In this document: positions 14,201 to 25,893 of the stretch, piece after piece
How positions within the stretch are numbered: the first letter of the stretch is position 1
How the letters are laid out: every line of letters begins with the position of its first letter
Origin: Balanoglossus misakiensis
Lineage: Eukaryota > Animalia > Hemichordata
Reading direction: 5' to 3'
Assembly: GCA_040954595.2 (NCBI GenBank)
Contig: CM082596.2
Coordinates: 7,080,791-7,144,790 of the forward strand
Length of the DNA stretch: 64,000 bases
The notes under the pieces: model-generated
Databases searched by the model: none
Told to the model about the DNA's origin: nothing
The model's input: the letters and a program-made list of their open reading frames with translations, nothing else
Translations under genes and position numbers: made by a program

Positions 14201-14599
14201 ATTGCGGTGATGCTGTTGGCGGCGGGGTTTTATCATTCCGCGCACGTTTATGCGACTTTTATATCTGAAATAAACCGATACGTTGCCGTGGCAACCAGAA
14301 CCGTCCCCGGGTTAATTGCGTGCGTTGCCGTGGAAACCGCTGCCGTGTGCTCCCGCCTGCCTGCTTATTGGGGACCTAATGAGAGAGGAGTCGCGTTATT
14401 ACAAGGGAGCGCGCGGATGAACCGAGCGCGAGCGGAGGAATTCAACGCAAGGATGCATCACCACAGCCGGGGTGACGACAACCGGTTACCGCACATTCCC
14501 GGCGACATATCCGTTCACGCCAGCCCGAACTACTGCAAGCTGGATAACCCCAGCCTTTCCGAGCCGTCACAACTGGATGTGGGCTCTAGCAAAGGGTGA
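5263..14599 (+). CDS. Ly6/uPAR (three-finger, LU-domain) protein, LYPD6-like, paralogue 1; 262 aa with an extended C-terminus
   Basis: Exons 5263-5332 (signal peptide MDVRYTVLVDYTVFFLLAATVFQ), 13563-13688 (DSVALDCYSC...CFTQTKYA) and 14007-14599 (KSC...ICVACCREDRCN, hydrophobic segment, tail). Introns are GT-AG, phase 1/1. The 12-Cys LU pattern starts LxCYxC and ends CCxxxxCN. Confidence 0.88.
9380..9468 (+). repeat. Dispersed repeat fragment (family D)
   Basis: CTTGTCAACAT...GAATTCTAGTCCGAACTTGAATTCAA recurs in reverse complement at about 25453-25552. Confidence 0.6.
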
Positions 14600-15070
14600 T
14601 ACCAGACTCTCCCTCGCCTACCCACCGCTAATAAAACATTGACCCCTCAATTCTGCCGGTCCCCGCAGAAAAGGGCCCCCTTGCTGCGGTCCTCGAGGAC
14701 AGTCGCCATCTTGATGGAATCAAAGACGCAGCAGGTATCATCAACCAGCCATTGTTGAAAACAAATCAATGCCCACCGTTGTCACATATGATTGCTTCTG
14801 ACACATACAATTCTAGTAACCATGGAGACACTTGCGACAGAACTGATCAAATTAATATTTTTCATATTTTGTTAGATTGTGTTACTTATTTCTTCTCGAT
14901 TTTATACCATTACTGTAAACGGTTGGATAGCTTTAATTCGTGCCTATACACAGTATATTTTATATGTCAGAATAATTTTGCTAACTGATTGGAATTTAGA
15001 AATAGGGTTAGTATATCTGACTTTAAAACAATTGTTCTGATCTTGCTAATTCAAATAACAAAGCTTGTCA

Positions 15071-15400
15071 TTTATTAGTCCCAGCGAACAAAGTCCGAGG
15101 GACTAATAGGTAAGGTCTATGTCCGTCCGACCGCATCTAGATAGCAACATCACCCATTAGATTGAAACTAGACGCAAGGATAATATCTCTTCATTAGGTT
15201 TATACTATATTCGACGTGGTTGTCATTTTGTTACGATTGTTGCATGTCTAAAACACTTTCGCGCACATGAACCGACTTTGTTGAACATACTTTAGCACTA
15301 TCATATCGTGCTATCCTTGGAAACTGGGAAACCCTATGTCTGCATACACATCATTTTGTTTTGCGATCCGATCCAATATGGCCACCAGGCGCCATTTTGT
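15071..15400 (+). mobile_element. Probable DINE-1/HINE-like interspersed element remnant
   Basis: Starts TTTATTAGTCCC...GGGACTAAT (short inverted repeat), followed by a GTCCGTCCG micro-repeat and a later CCAATATGGCCACCAGGCGCCATTTTG block. This architecture is recalled from Helentron-associated elements. Confidence 0.4.
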
Positions 15401-16315
15401 TTTAAATTATCCCAGGCCGATACTTTCAGGGTTGTCAAAAACGAAGATGTTCTATAGTAATGGAGCAATAAATTATTGTGGATTAAGATTATAACAGTCA
15501 CGTTCATCTGTCTCGCCTGTTTTAATGACAGTAAAATGAAAGAAATGATTCATTAACGCCCCAATATTCTTTGATGGAAACGTGTTTTTTTTCCGAGCTC
15601 ATGTGAACCAGGTTACAATGTACATACCAAAGCTTCTGTAGGATTTTTTCGAGCATACTTGTCACAGGGCGCCCCCTTTTGGTGGCACAACACTACACCC
15701 AAAGCCGGATAGTTGTCTGAGATCAAGACTGGGTGCATATATAGTCGACCGGTTGGTTGGATCACAGAATGTGGTTGGATTTTTATAGGAAATCCTTATA
15801 ATTAGCGTGAATCAAGTTCTGAGTATGTAACGCTTTCTCGTCAGTCCACGGGTCTAGGGCCAGAACTTGAAACAATACAGGAAAATAGTAATAAATACAT
15901 GTCTCCAATAAAATTCTTTCAAAACTTTGAACGAAAGTGAATTACATGAGTTACATTAGCCGAAAGAGGGCGTGTACCCATGAACAAACAATAACCTCGC
16001 CAAAGCCATTTATATTTCTTAAATGTAAACGCTTCCTCATCGATAACGTTTGGGCACCTGACAACGCATACCACTTTGGTGCTATATACGCGAACCACTC
16101 CTAAAAAAACATCGGGAATTATGTACACGTCTTGAATCGTCGCTACCCGTCAAGATTGCTCCGATTTGTGCTTTTGGCTTGACACGTCCACCGATTGAAT
16201 TTTTAGCGGCCTTTCAGTTTCAATGCGGCGTACGTTGTAGGTTTGGAAGCGAAGGTAGGCTACTCTCGCTCTGAAGGGAAACGCAACGCGACGGTCGTTG
16301 AAATTTTATGTTAGC

Positions 16316-19300
16316 ATGGCGAGCTGGGCAACGGTGTGGACGTATTTGGCCGTGTATCTGTGTGCCTATTTTCTCATCTCCTTCGTTCCAGGTAAGTGGT
16401 TCTCTACTCACATTCGTCACAGTTCATGTGTAAGTGTCGCAGCGCTGAACGCAAGAATGAACACCACTATCGTTTTTTCAACTTAGCCGGCACCATATTC
16501 CGGCGTTTTTCGTCACACACGGACGAGCATAACCCAAAGCCTCAGCCAGCCTGCCTTTTACAAAAACAACCATCCAGCAGTCTATCTGCATCATTCATAA
16601 CAGATAATACCTGCAGCGGTATACACTCCCAGCTAAAAAAAAAACACCCACGAAAATATGCCAACTCCGTTTTAGTTACTGGTACTGCTCAATTCACACT
16701 GTACAGTCGCGCGGTAGTAATAGCTCGGGCGTATTTAATCACAGCGACAAACGGGACTTTATTAACCTTATTAATTTGCACAGAGATCGCGTCTGTTGCT
16801 ATAGATCCGGGGTTAATTCAAGCCGGCAGAAAGAGTTGGGGGCCCCCACTGGGTGTCTATATAACTTGACTAAACGGAAAATTGTCGACATGTAATATTA
16901 GCTTAAAGCGTCACCTTGTCAGCGTTCCTGTTTCAATATTGATTTACAGTGATATATAAAAGTGACGAGGCTTTTATCGCCTGTATCCTGAACGTTCAGA
17001 GGAGAAATTCACTCAAAAAACGCTACATGTGTGAAACGCGCCGGACTTGACATATAAACTATTGAGTGCATGCATGTGGTTGTGTGTGTGTATGTATGTA
17101 TGTTTTCACGGTCACTCCACCACGTGTACATGTAGTTCATACACGACTTCTACGATTAGGGCTCCTGTACAGAACATTTTCACATTATTTTCATGATTTT
17201 TACATTCAAACGTAAAGTGTCTCGTGTAAAGGTGCTTACCGGGGAACACAAAAGTAAGTCATGAAACTGAACATAATAAATCAGTTGCAACTCGAATATG
17301 GCCGCCTTCATCAAACATACATACTCATTCGAGATCCGCGGAACCCAATGACAGCAATGCAAGAGTCATGCTGTGTCCCAGAATGGCTTTCTTGATGGAA
17401 TCGTACAGTAAACTTTCTATTGGGAGTTATCTTGAGATGAACAAGATGTAACAAGGTTCCGAGCATTGGGGCTTTAACACATGCAGTATAACCTCTGAGG
17501 GGAAGAGAATAATGCACTGGCTATGCCCTCACTTGACATTCTGATCGTCTGCTCGCGAACTGTACCAAACGATAAAACCCAAGAAAACATTTTATGATCC
17601 CTGCCTTTTAGCGCGGGGCGATAATAATCATCGACGGGCTCATTTACGGTGAACTGCGATTCACTGGACTCCCGAAAGGGATTATCTGCCTTTGATCTAC
17701 GCAGATTAATGTTGGCAGTTTTTGCTCCGCTTGAAAATAAGTATCCGATTTAATATACGCTGGGATTTCTTCGGCTAATCTGGTCATGTCTGATGTGGGT
17801 TCATGTGGTTGAACCTGCATGATTCTACTGAGGGGTCATATGGACAAAATTCGTGCCATTTCTTCCTTTAATTTATGTAATTTACAATTGACAGAGAATC
17901 TTTGTCTGTGGTAATATTAGCACCTAGCTTTAATAGGACGGTCGTGCCGTATTCGAAACATTAAATTCAAACAAACTGGTTGAATACAAGAATAGTTACG
18001 ATATATATATATATGCACGATCAGCTTATTTTAATATTTACGCTGTAATGAACGCCAGCTGTATCATATAGATTAGCAAGTGAAATGTGTGAACTGAATA
18101 TACGCCCATGTGCTTTAGGGGGAATGTGTAAATAATCACACATTTTCACTGACGAAAAGCTACCTACGGTATTAACCACAATTAATACATGCTTGTAAAT
18201 TATCGCGTCATGAACAGGCAGAAAGGGGTCGCGAAAATGTCTGTTCTTCGTGATCGTAGAGGGATTCGAATGTGCGTGCGCAGCGTGACGTACGGGGGAC
18301 GTGACGTCATAGTCTCAGATTGTCCAATCAGACGGGGTACATCAGTTACGCACCTGCTGCACACCTGTTCGAAAACTGACCAATCGACCCGAGACAACTT
18401 AACGAGGCTAATGCGCAAATGGACCAGTCGGAAACTGGCTAATGCACGTCAGAGGTAAAAGCGTAGGGAATCGATAAACTGTCCCTGGTTGGTATATTTC
18501 TCAGTTGAAACAAGGTGTACGTACCAGGAGCGTAGATGAATATGGCTGGCGAACCCCGAGATAATGCCTAAATAAAATTCAGAAATAAACACATAACGAT
18601 TATAATTATGTTGCTCCTATATATAGGCGTTCATTCCAAAACCTGGGTAAGAACGACCACCATATCATCTACAAAGAGATTCTCTTTGTGTCGGTACAAT
18701 CTGACCCATATTACAGGTTACTGCCGCTGAATGTTGTGACCCTATACTGTTCAAAAATATTCCTCGCTCTGTATTTTATTCTCTGTTTGCCCACCTGTGT
18801 TGACACGCTTTATTAGATTGTTGAATTAAAACGCACTCGCTCTCTGAGATGAGTTTGCCGGGTCATGAAACACTGTGAACCCAGAAACACCCGATTGTGT
18901 TGCATTTATGTTTGGTTCCATGCATACAATAGCCAGGGGCAGCATGCAAAGACCACGCCAACTGATTGACGTGCAACGGTCCGGACCAATATGGCGGACT
19001 TATGTCATCCGACGGGAATGTTGGGTAATGATAATGACCCACTGTTTATGATGCTTACGATGGCTCTAACCGTACAGAAATTGATAATATTTTTGACATT
19101 TGAAGATAAGAGGGGTATACGGTGACGGCAGATAGGAGTAGTGTCTACATCGACCACCATTTCTCCTCGTCTTCTGTAATGCACGCGTTGAAACACTTCG
19201 CAATTGGCTTCATCAAAACTGGGACTAGTATATACCTTACAGGGCTTGTGAAAGGTATAATCGTCTCAGACCAAAATAGCATACTATATAGTGTTCGAGC

Positions 19301-21591
19301 AGAACGGCTTCGACTCTCCATCTGATTTACACTCTAACGGCAACCTTCACAAACGCTGACCCAACATCGAATACTTATTTGCGAATTAGAAGCGGCGATC
19401 GATAGCATCTCAAATCTAGTATAGTACCACACTTCTAACACACTAAGCCTTATCGCTGGCTTTGATGTGCACAAAGATGGCTTTGTCATCAATGTCTGCT
19501 ATAGGAGGGAGAGAACAATCAGAGGTGTCACACTGACACCTGCGCAGTTCAATACTCTCACCGATAAAAGATACACCAGACAAATTTCGCTCACCGATGC
19601 GTGAGACTTATATGCATGGTAAACAGAGTATACCGCCATTAAGATTATTAGAGAATTCTACCTGTTCATGCTACGAACATATTTGAACCCACTACATTTC
19701 TGAAGGGAGATGGGAATATAAATAGCTGGATCTCTTTCATGTTTTAAGGTTCAAAAGCGGGTCGTGTCCATATGCCCAACAAACGACGGCTCGAGCATCA
19801 TCAACATTATGGTCAGAGAGCACCATCCCTCGTGCAGGCTTCAAATCTTGATATTGCCCTCGCTATCATGTGTTATTATTTAATTAACATTTGACAGAGC
19901 AAATAATACATTTGACGTATCACAAAATATGACAGCCAAAGCATACAGTTACAGCCGGAGATTGCCCCTTGGTAAAACATAATACAGAAAACAGAGTAGG
20001 CCTACAGTTATATTTGTGTGAACGTCGAAAGCAAGGGTTTGATTGAATTACTGTCGTCTGTCGCGGATAACACAAGGAACGGCTATCCCACTGCTCTGAT
20101 CGCATGACTCATTTCACGGTACTGCGCATGTTAAGCCAGCAGTGATTTCACGCCAACCCCAGAACGAAAACACGGTCGATTATTTTTTTTTCTCTCTCTT
20201 CGCCGGTTCTTTGATGCGCAGTCGTTCTACATCCCCAAAGATTCCCTCCCGGTAATGAAATTACAGCCGCGGCAAACGTGATTCCCAAATTCCCCCCGGC
20301 GGATGGCACAAACAATCATTATTTGAATCGTATTCCACCGGGCAGTCATTCGTACATGTTAATCGCGTGGCGTCAACTTCAACAACGTGTCCGTCGCGAA
20401 CTAAACATGTTTACGCGACCCCGTAAAAATACCAGCAAAAACCATATCATTGAAGGACTGAATCGTAGGTATATGGAATGAACGTCATTTTTGTCCTACA
20501 AGGCTACATCTATAATTTGGGCTAACCTGTGATATTTTTGGCCGCAAACGGTGCGTGTTCCGATCATGACTAACAATAGCTCAATAACATTCGTAAATAG
20601 CCTGAGCAATCAATCACTCTATGTATTTTATTATTTCTATATTTGTACTTGAAAGTGTTCTGTGAGTTATGTTCAGTTAATACCACTGCTCAATGAGATG
20701 GCTTGTCGATCAAATATATCCACGATACTTCTTGATTGAATTTGACTCGCACTAATAAAGAACTGCGCTCTTTGTATACAATGCCAGTTTGCTGTGTTTG
20801 CGCTAACAGGCACTTCACTTCACTATCCTTTATAATACAACGACGAGATTCTTAAACATTTAACTCCTACGACAAGAAACACCACAGAGAATTTGCAAGA
20901 ATTTGTTCCATCTGGCCAATGCATTAACGCATGTCTATGATTAAAGGTATACGGTAACCTATGCAGATCCAACTAGTGTTACCATGAAAACTGGAATATA
21001 ACCAATCATAGAATTCTACCACATGGCTATTCGAAGACTTAGACGCTCTTTTTTGACCATATATAGGCATATGTAAATTAGAGGTGACCGTATACCTTTA
21101 ATAATCAACTGAACGCGAACCATGATACTTGCACTGCGGCAAACAGTCGACGTCGTTGCTTCACGTCCATTGCTTTTAAAAAGAACGAATCTCTTGAACA
21201 AATCTAAATAACAGCGCACTATAGTATGCAAAAAAAATACTTAATCAAATCAAATTAATAAGTGTGGGGATTGAGAGCCACTCAATCATGGCTGTTCAAA
21301 TCTGCTGCGTGTGTCATTTTAATGAATCACTTATGGGTCTTGCCGCGGTCGTAAATTATGCGTTTGTTTGAATAATGGTCCAATTTTCTTTTCGCAGCTT
21401 TCTGCCTGGAGTGTTATAACTGTGAGAGGTTGGACGCCGTCGAGCAGTGTTTGAGTGACGGCAGTGTTGCTGAATGTCCCTATGGATATGATTCCTGCTA
21501 CACAGAAACGCTGTTCAGAGGTAAATCTGGTTGTGATTCCTTGCATGCCGTATTACTGTTAGCCAATAGAGTACAAGTGGACCTGAAGTTT

Positions 21592-21663
<72 letters not shown>

Positions 21664-23993
21664 TGCTATTATCATTATTATTATAGTTATCATCATCACC
21701 ACGATTCATTTGGTGTGACAGTGTATATCTGTGGGCACGACTAATATTCAAATAACAGTGGAAATTACTAAGTAAAGGAGTGAAAATTAACTAATATTTA
21801 AATAAAACCGTCATGGTTATTATTCAATTATCTCAGAATTATTCAATTAGCGTATAACTACTCTTGTGCATTTCCAGTATGCTCTGTGATCAAATTTATA
21901 TGTTTGCAAAGGTTAATGTCGACAAAATGTGGGAGCTGTCCAAACATGCAGATTTGGAAAACGGCTGTTAAAATATAAAATTGGGCAAAGATGCCCAATG
22001 TTTACTGGACTGGGTCCTAAGGGCTAGCAGGTCAACATGCCTCTGACGTCATCACTTTGTGAGCTGTCATAACAGAAAACTGCGATAAACGGACCGCTCA
22101 TGATCATACTGCAGACGGTCTAACTGATACGCACTGAAAGAGAACCGTTATCTCTAGAGACACACAGCGCATGTTAAAGTTTGTCTGCGTTTGGGGGTTG
22201 TCGAGTGATAACTATGGCGACTGCAGACGACGCTCAATAACAGACAGACACCATTTCGCGTGTGAGAGATGAATGCGTATACTGAGCAGCGGTATAGAAT
22301 ATTTCAGAATAGTCTCTATCTAACACGTTTCATGGCGAATACAGCTAGGGCCCAGCGACCGATTTGGGTAATTATGACGACGGCGATATGCGTTGCTGCA
22401 GTCAATTGCGCTAACGAGAAAGTTATTTCCTCCGGGGCATTTCTAATAAAAACAGGGGGGTTGTGCTGTGTGGGTATTCGTAGAATGTAATCTATTTCGA
22501 CTTTAGATATATTATGAAGCATCGACATATTAGTCTTGTTTTTTTTCTTCATTCTCGTTATGTTTGTTCTATACGGGATTAAATCCTCATCATTCGAAAT
22601 ATTGTCAGAGCCGCACCTTATATCTTATGTAGAGGCAGAATAATAATAATGTAGATGACAAACTTGGTGATATGTACATAGTGACGAATTCTGTCATTAA
22701 CGGGTCCTAATCTGGTATCTTTAATTTAAAGCATAGGCGTGAGGTAGGAGACGATTTCAAAAGGTCAACTCGCAATTACATTTCATCTGCCGTGACGCGT
22801 ACGGCCGCGAAGTACAGTTTGAAGCACGCGCACCCCCCCCCCCCACCCCGTGTATGGATTTCAAACGCAGAAATAATCACAAAAACGGAGTTCTGAAATG
22901 ATGCTAGTTAAAATGCAGTCTTTGAGGGAGTGGTAACTACTTTCATGATTTCAATTTAAAACCTCACTGATGCCATGTTGTTTTCGTAGAGATATATGTA
23001 CCTATTACTATACTTGTAATACTATTGATTTGCAGGCATCAGTTTGATTCTGAAAATAAAAATAGTATTCACACAATCGTAATTTAGTAATTAATTAATA
23101 CTAAACGTCAACCATGGAGATTTTATAAGGTACTACAGCTTGGGTAAGAATCGACTTTTATATATTAAAAAAAACATGGTATATTTTACATGATGGGGTT
23201 TCTGAAAAGATGCACAGTATGAAAACTAGGATAGCACCGACGATTTACTTAATGCATTTTCGCATTATCACGACAAGATCAATACTTCTACCGCGATTAA
23301 TCATAGCCAGTGCCATGCAGCCGTCCTTGAAAGAAAATCTCCCATGCGTTGAAACTCATCAGATTAGCTAAATCTATACCCAGGTCCAGGAGTCGCACCG
23401 TGATTGTACTTGAGGAATTGGGTGACATTTGACCCGGTAATTGTTTTGAGGGCCGGTGGAATCTCGCACAGAAATGGCGACCCTGTACCAGATTTTGTAT
23501 ATGACCTAGTAGCTATACTAAAAAAAATAATTTGAAGTAATTCATGAATAGATTGAACGTTTGAGATTCTATACATCAAAGCAACTATTGTTCACGCTTT
23601 AAAAAAGAATGTAAATATATGCCTTGCTGTAACCATAGAAACCGATGATAACTGAACTTTGACCTGTGTATATTCAGTCACTCACACGACTCCTTTCTTG
23701 CAGGGAACAGCAGTGAATTCGAACCCCTGACAATGACCAAAGGGTGCATCACGGGAGCTTCCTGCGCAGACAGGAAGTCAGTCAGCGGAGAGTGCGTCGT
23801 GAGGGACTCGGACTTCGTGTGCGTCTCCTGTTGCACGGGACAGAGATGCAACAGAAGCGCCTCGTCCGATGTGACCATGGTGACGGCGAGTGTCACCATA
23901 ATCGCGTGGGCCCTGGTGTCGGCCGTGGCCGTTTCGACTCCGTGTAGGTTCGTGACGCGGCGCGTCAATCGGCCTCATTGTCTTCCAAGTTGA
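16316..23993 (+). CDS. Ly6/uPAR (three-finger, LU-domain) protein, LYPD6-like, paralogue 2; 162 aa
   Basis: Exons 16316-16391 (signal peptide MASWATVWTYLAVYLCAYFLISFVP), 21398-21520 (AFCLECYNC...CYTETLFR) and 23704-23993 (MTKGC...VCVSCCTGQRCN, hydrophobic segment, short basic tail). Exon phases and Cys spacing match paralogue 1. Confidence 0.9.
20945..21097 (+). mobile_element. Kolobok-like MITE family A, copy 2
   Basis: TTAA|AGGTATACGGTAACCT...AGGTGACCGTATACCT|TTAA. Confidence 0.75.
21593..21663. repeat. (CAT)n microsatellite, intronic
   Basis: About 23 perfect CAT units, read directly. Confidence 0.97.
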
Positions 23994-25452
23994 ATTTGTA
24001 GCGAGTTTAATAGACTAGCGTATTGTTTCGATGGCTCAGATGAAAGAAATCCCACAGGAGTAAGCCCAGGCCATTGTCTACTGGATTTTGTGGGGATTAA
24101 ATGAACAAATCCCACCCGAACAGTCTGCCCGTCTGGACAACAATCTGAAGCGTGTGGTGATGTGTACAAATGAACGTTATGGTTTCAAGCCCTGAATGGA
24201 CTAATCAAGTTTTTCTAAGAAAGACTCGACAATGACATCAGTGAAATTTTACACCGTGATATCATATACAGGGTCCATTGTTTGGATGTGGTGTCTAAAC
24301 CGGGTTTTAGTAAATTTAAATAATTTTGTTGATTACTTAATTTTCTTGCATCCATAGACATTAAAAACACGGTGTTAGAGTACACGCATTGCATCATAGA
24401 TCCAGGAGCGAAAATCTTTCTCCAGGGTCTATGATTGCATTCACCAACTCTGACTGAGAACTAAAAGACCACACGCAAATCCTGTCCAAAACGATGAGGT
24501 CTCGACATTCATTACATAGATTAAGTTCACGGTAATTAAGCACAAAGTACCGAGGTCTAAGCCCCAATGATTATCTCGCCATTCCTTGGCGAATAAGCCT
24601 CCTTCAATCATGTCAGCCGGGCTTAGCCGTGGATAAGTCAACACGTACGCCCAGATGGTCTCTCGGACTTTCAATGAAAGACAAATTCTCCACATTGTTC
24701 AATAACATGTTGTAATGTAATATGGAACAAATTTCTCATCGTCACCATCCAGCTAATGCTCGATTATTTTGTAATTCCTGAAATGGCGTTTTCCTGGACC
24801 ACGAATAAAGGGCCTTCAGATTCCACTGTATGTCAAGCTCGGTCATATTTTAATAAACTTTAACATATTTTCCAGGGTGGCGAAAATCATCGTTTGAATG
24901 TTTTGCAAGTATGGTTTGAAGGAGAAAACGCAGGTTTACAGGAACAGACATCAGCTGCATGCTGCACTTATGCCATATGATAGAACGCCCAATATGAATC
25001 ACGGTATAGGTGGGCCACCTATCCAAATTTACAGAAGTATTCTATAGGAAATGGGCACGCTACTTTTAATTTGGCGTTAAATATCTCCCATTTACTTTCT
25101 GACAACCTGCGATTGCTGCTCTTCAGAACATGGACCACACTTATTGTTCCCCAGAGAAAAGACCCAACACGAGAACATCAGTGAAGGCGCGAGGTAAATA
25201 ATCACATTCTATGCGGCCTATGCATACTAATAGAGACACATGTGCAGGTACGACCGGCAAAAATTCATTAAACAGACAGATTTGGCCAGATGCCATGAAG
25301 CGTGGCATGCTGTACTAGCTCCATGACCCAAATAAATACTTTGGAGAATACTGGTAAGTTAGAACATGGTGTATCTTTACATTCCGGAAAGATATAAGTT
25401 TTGTTCACGCATGTTAGGATACATAGGACCGTATGTGTATAGTCAGCATTAA

Positions 25453-25552
25453 CTTGAATTCAAGTCCGGACTAGAATTCATTGATTGCCAACGATAACAA
25501 TGGCCGTCACACGCACATATAGGCCATATGTTGACAAGCGGAGCACTGGGTA
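25453..25552 (-). repeat. Dispersed repeat fragment (family D), inverted copy
   Basis: Reverse-complement similarity to 9380-9468. Confidence 0.6.
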
Positions 25553-25734
25553 TATTAGCATGCTGCTTGGAGAACATGTAGATCAACAAATTACATTTGG
25601 TACACAGAACAAAAATACTGGTAATCTGGAAATAAAGGCAAAGGTATGGTGCGCGCGCGGGCTGTGGGGAACTATCCGAAACGATAGAGGGCGCTGGTCG
25701 TCCGCGCTTCGGAACGCAATGCGCGTTCGTGGGG

Positions 25735-25748
25735 GCTTCCTTGGCAAC
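25735..25748 (+). promoter_or_regulatory. RFX X-box in the promoter of the EF-hand/WD40 gene
   Basis: GCTTCCTTGGCAAC about 150 bp upstream of the ATG, in a CpG-rich stretch. A second site, GTGGCCATAGCAAC, lies at 27135-27148. RFX control is typical of ciliary genes. Confidence 0.5.
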
Positions 25749-25893
25749 CCCAGGTTCCAGTCGCGTTCCAGGCCACGTTCTATTTTCTTCTGCAAAACAA
25801 AGATGGACTATCGTGGTATCAGAGACGAAGACACGTAAAAGGCAAAGCGAAACCAGACTTTATCTCACGCTGTCGACCGGCAGATAACGAAAC

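Noticed and set aside
5263-14599. BAMBI or a TGF-beta receptor ectodomain as the identity of Ly6 paralogue 1
   Set aside because: The 12-Cys spacing (CxxC start, extra disulfide before CC) fits LYPD6-type LU domains. There is no kinase domain and no recognisable BAMBI tail.
15667-15686. CTCF-like site between the Ly6 paralogues (also at about 25685 and 54883)
   Set aside because: The matches to the core are only partial (GCGCCCCCT / GCGCCCTCT) and cannot be supported without a matrix scan or ChIP data.
21521-21744. Poly-His extension of the ORF at 21430
   Set aside because: The ORF runs past the GT donor at 21521 into an intronic (CAT)n repeat. The true exon ends at 21520.
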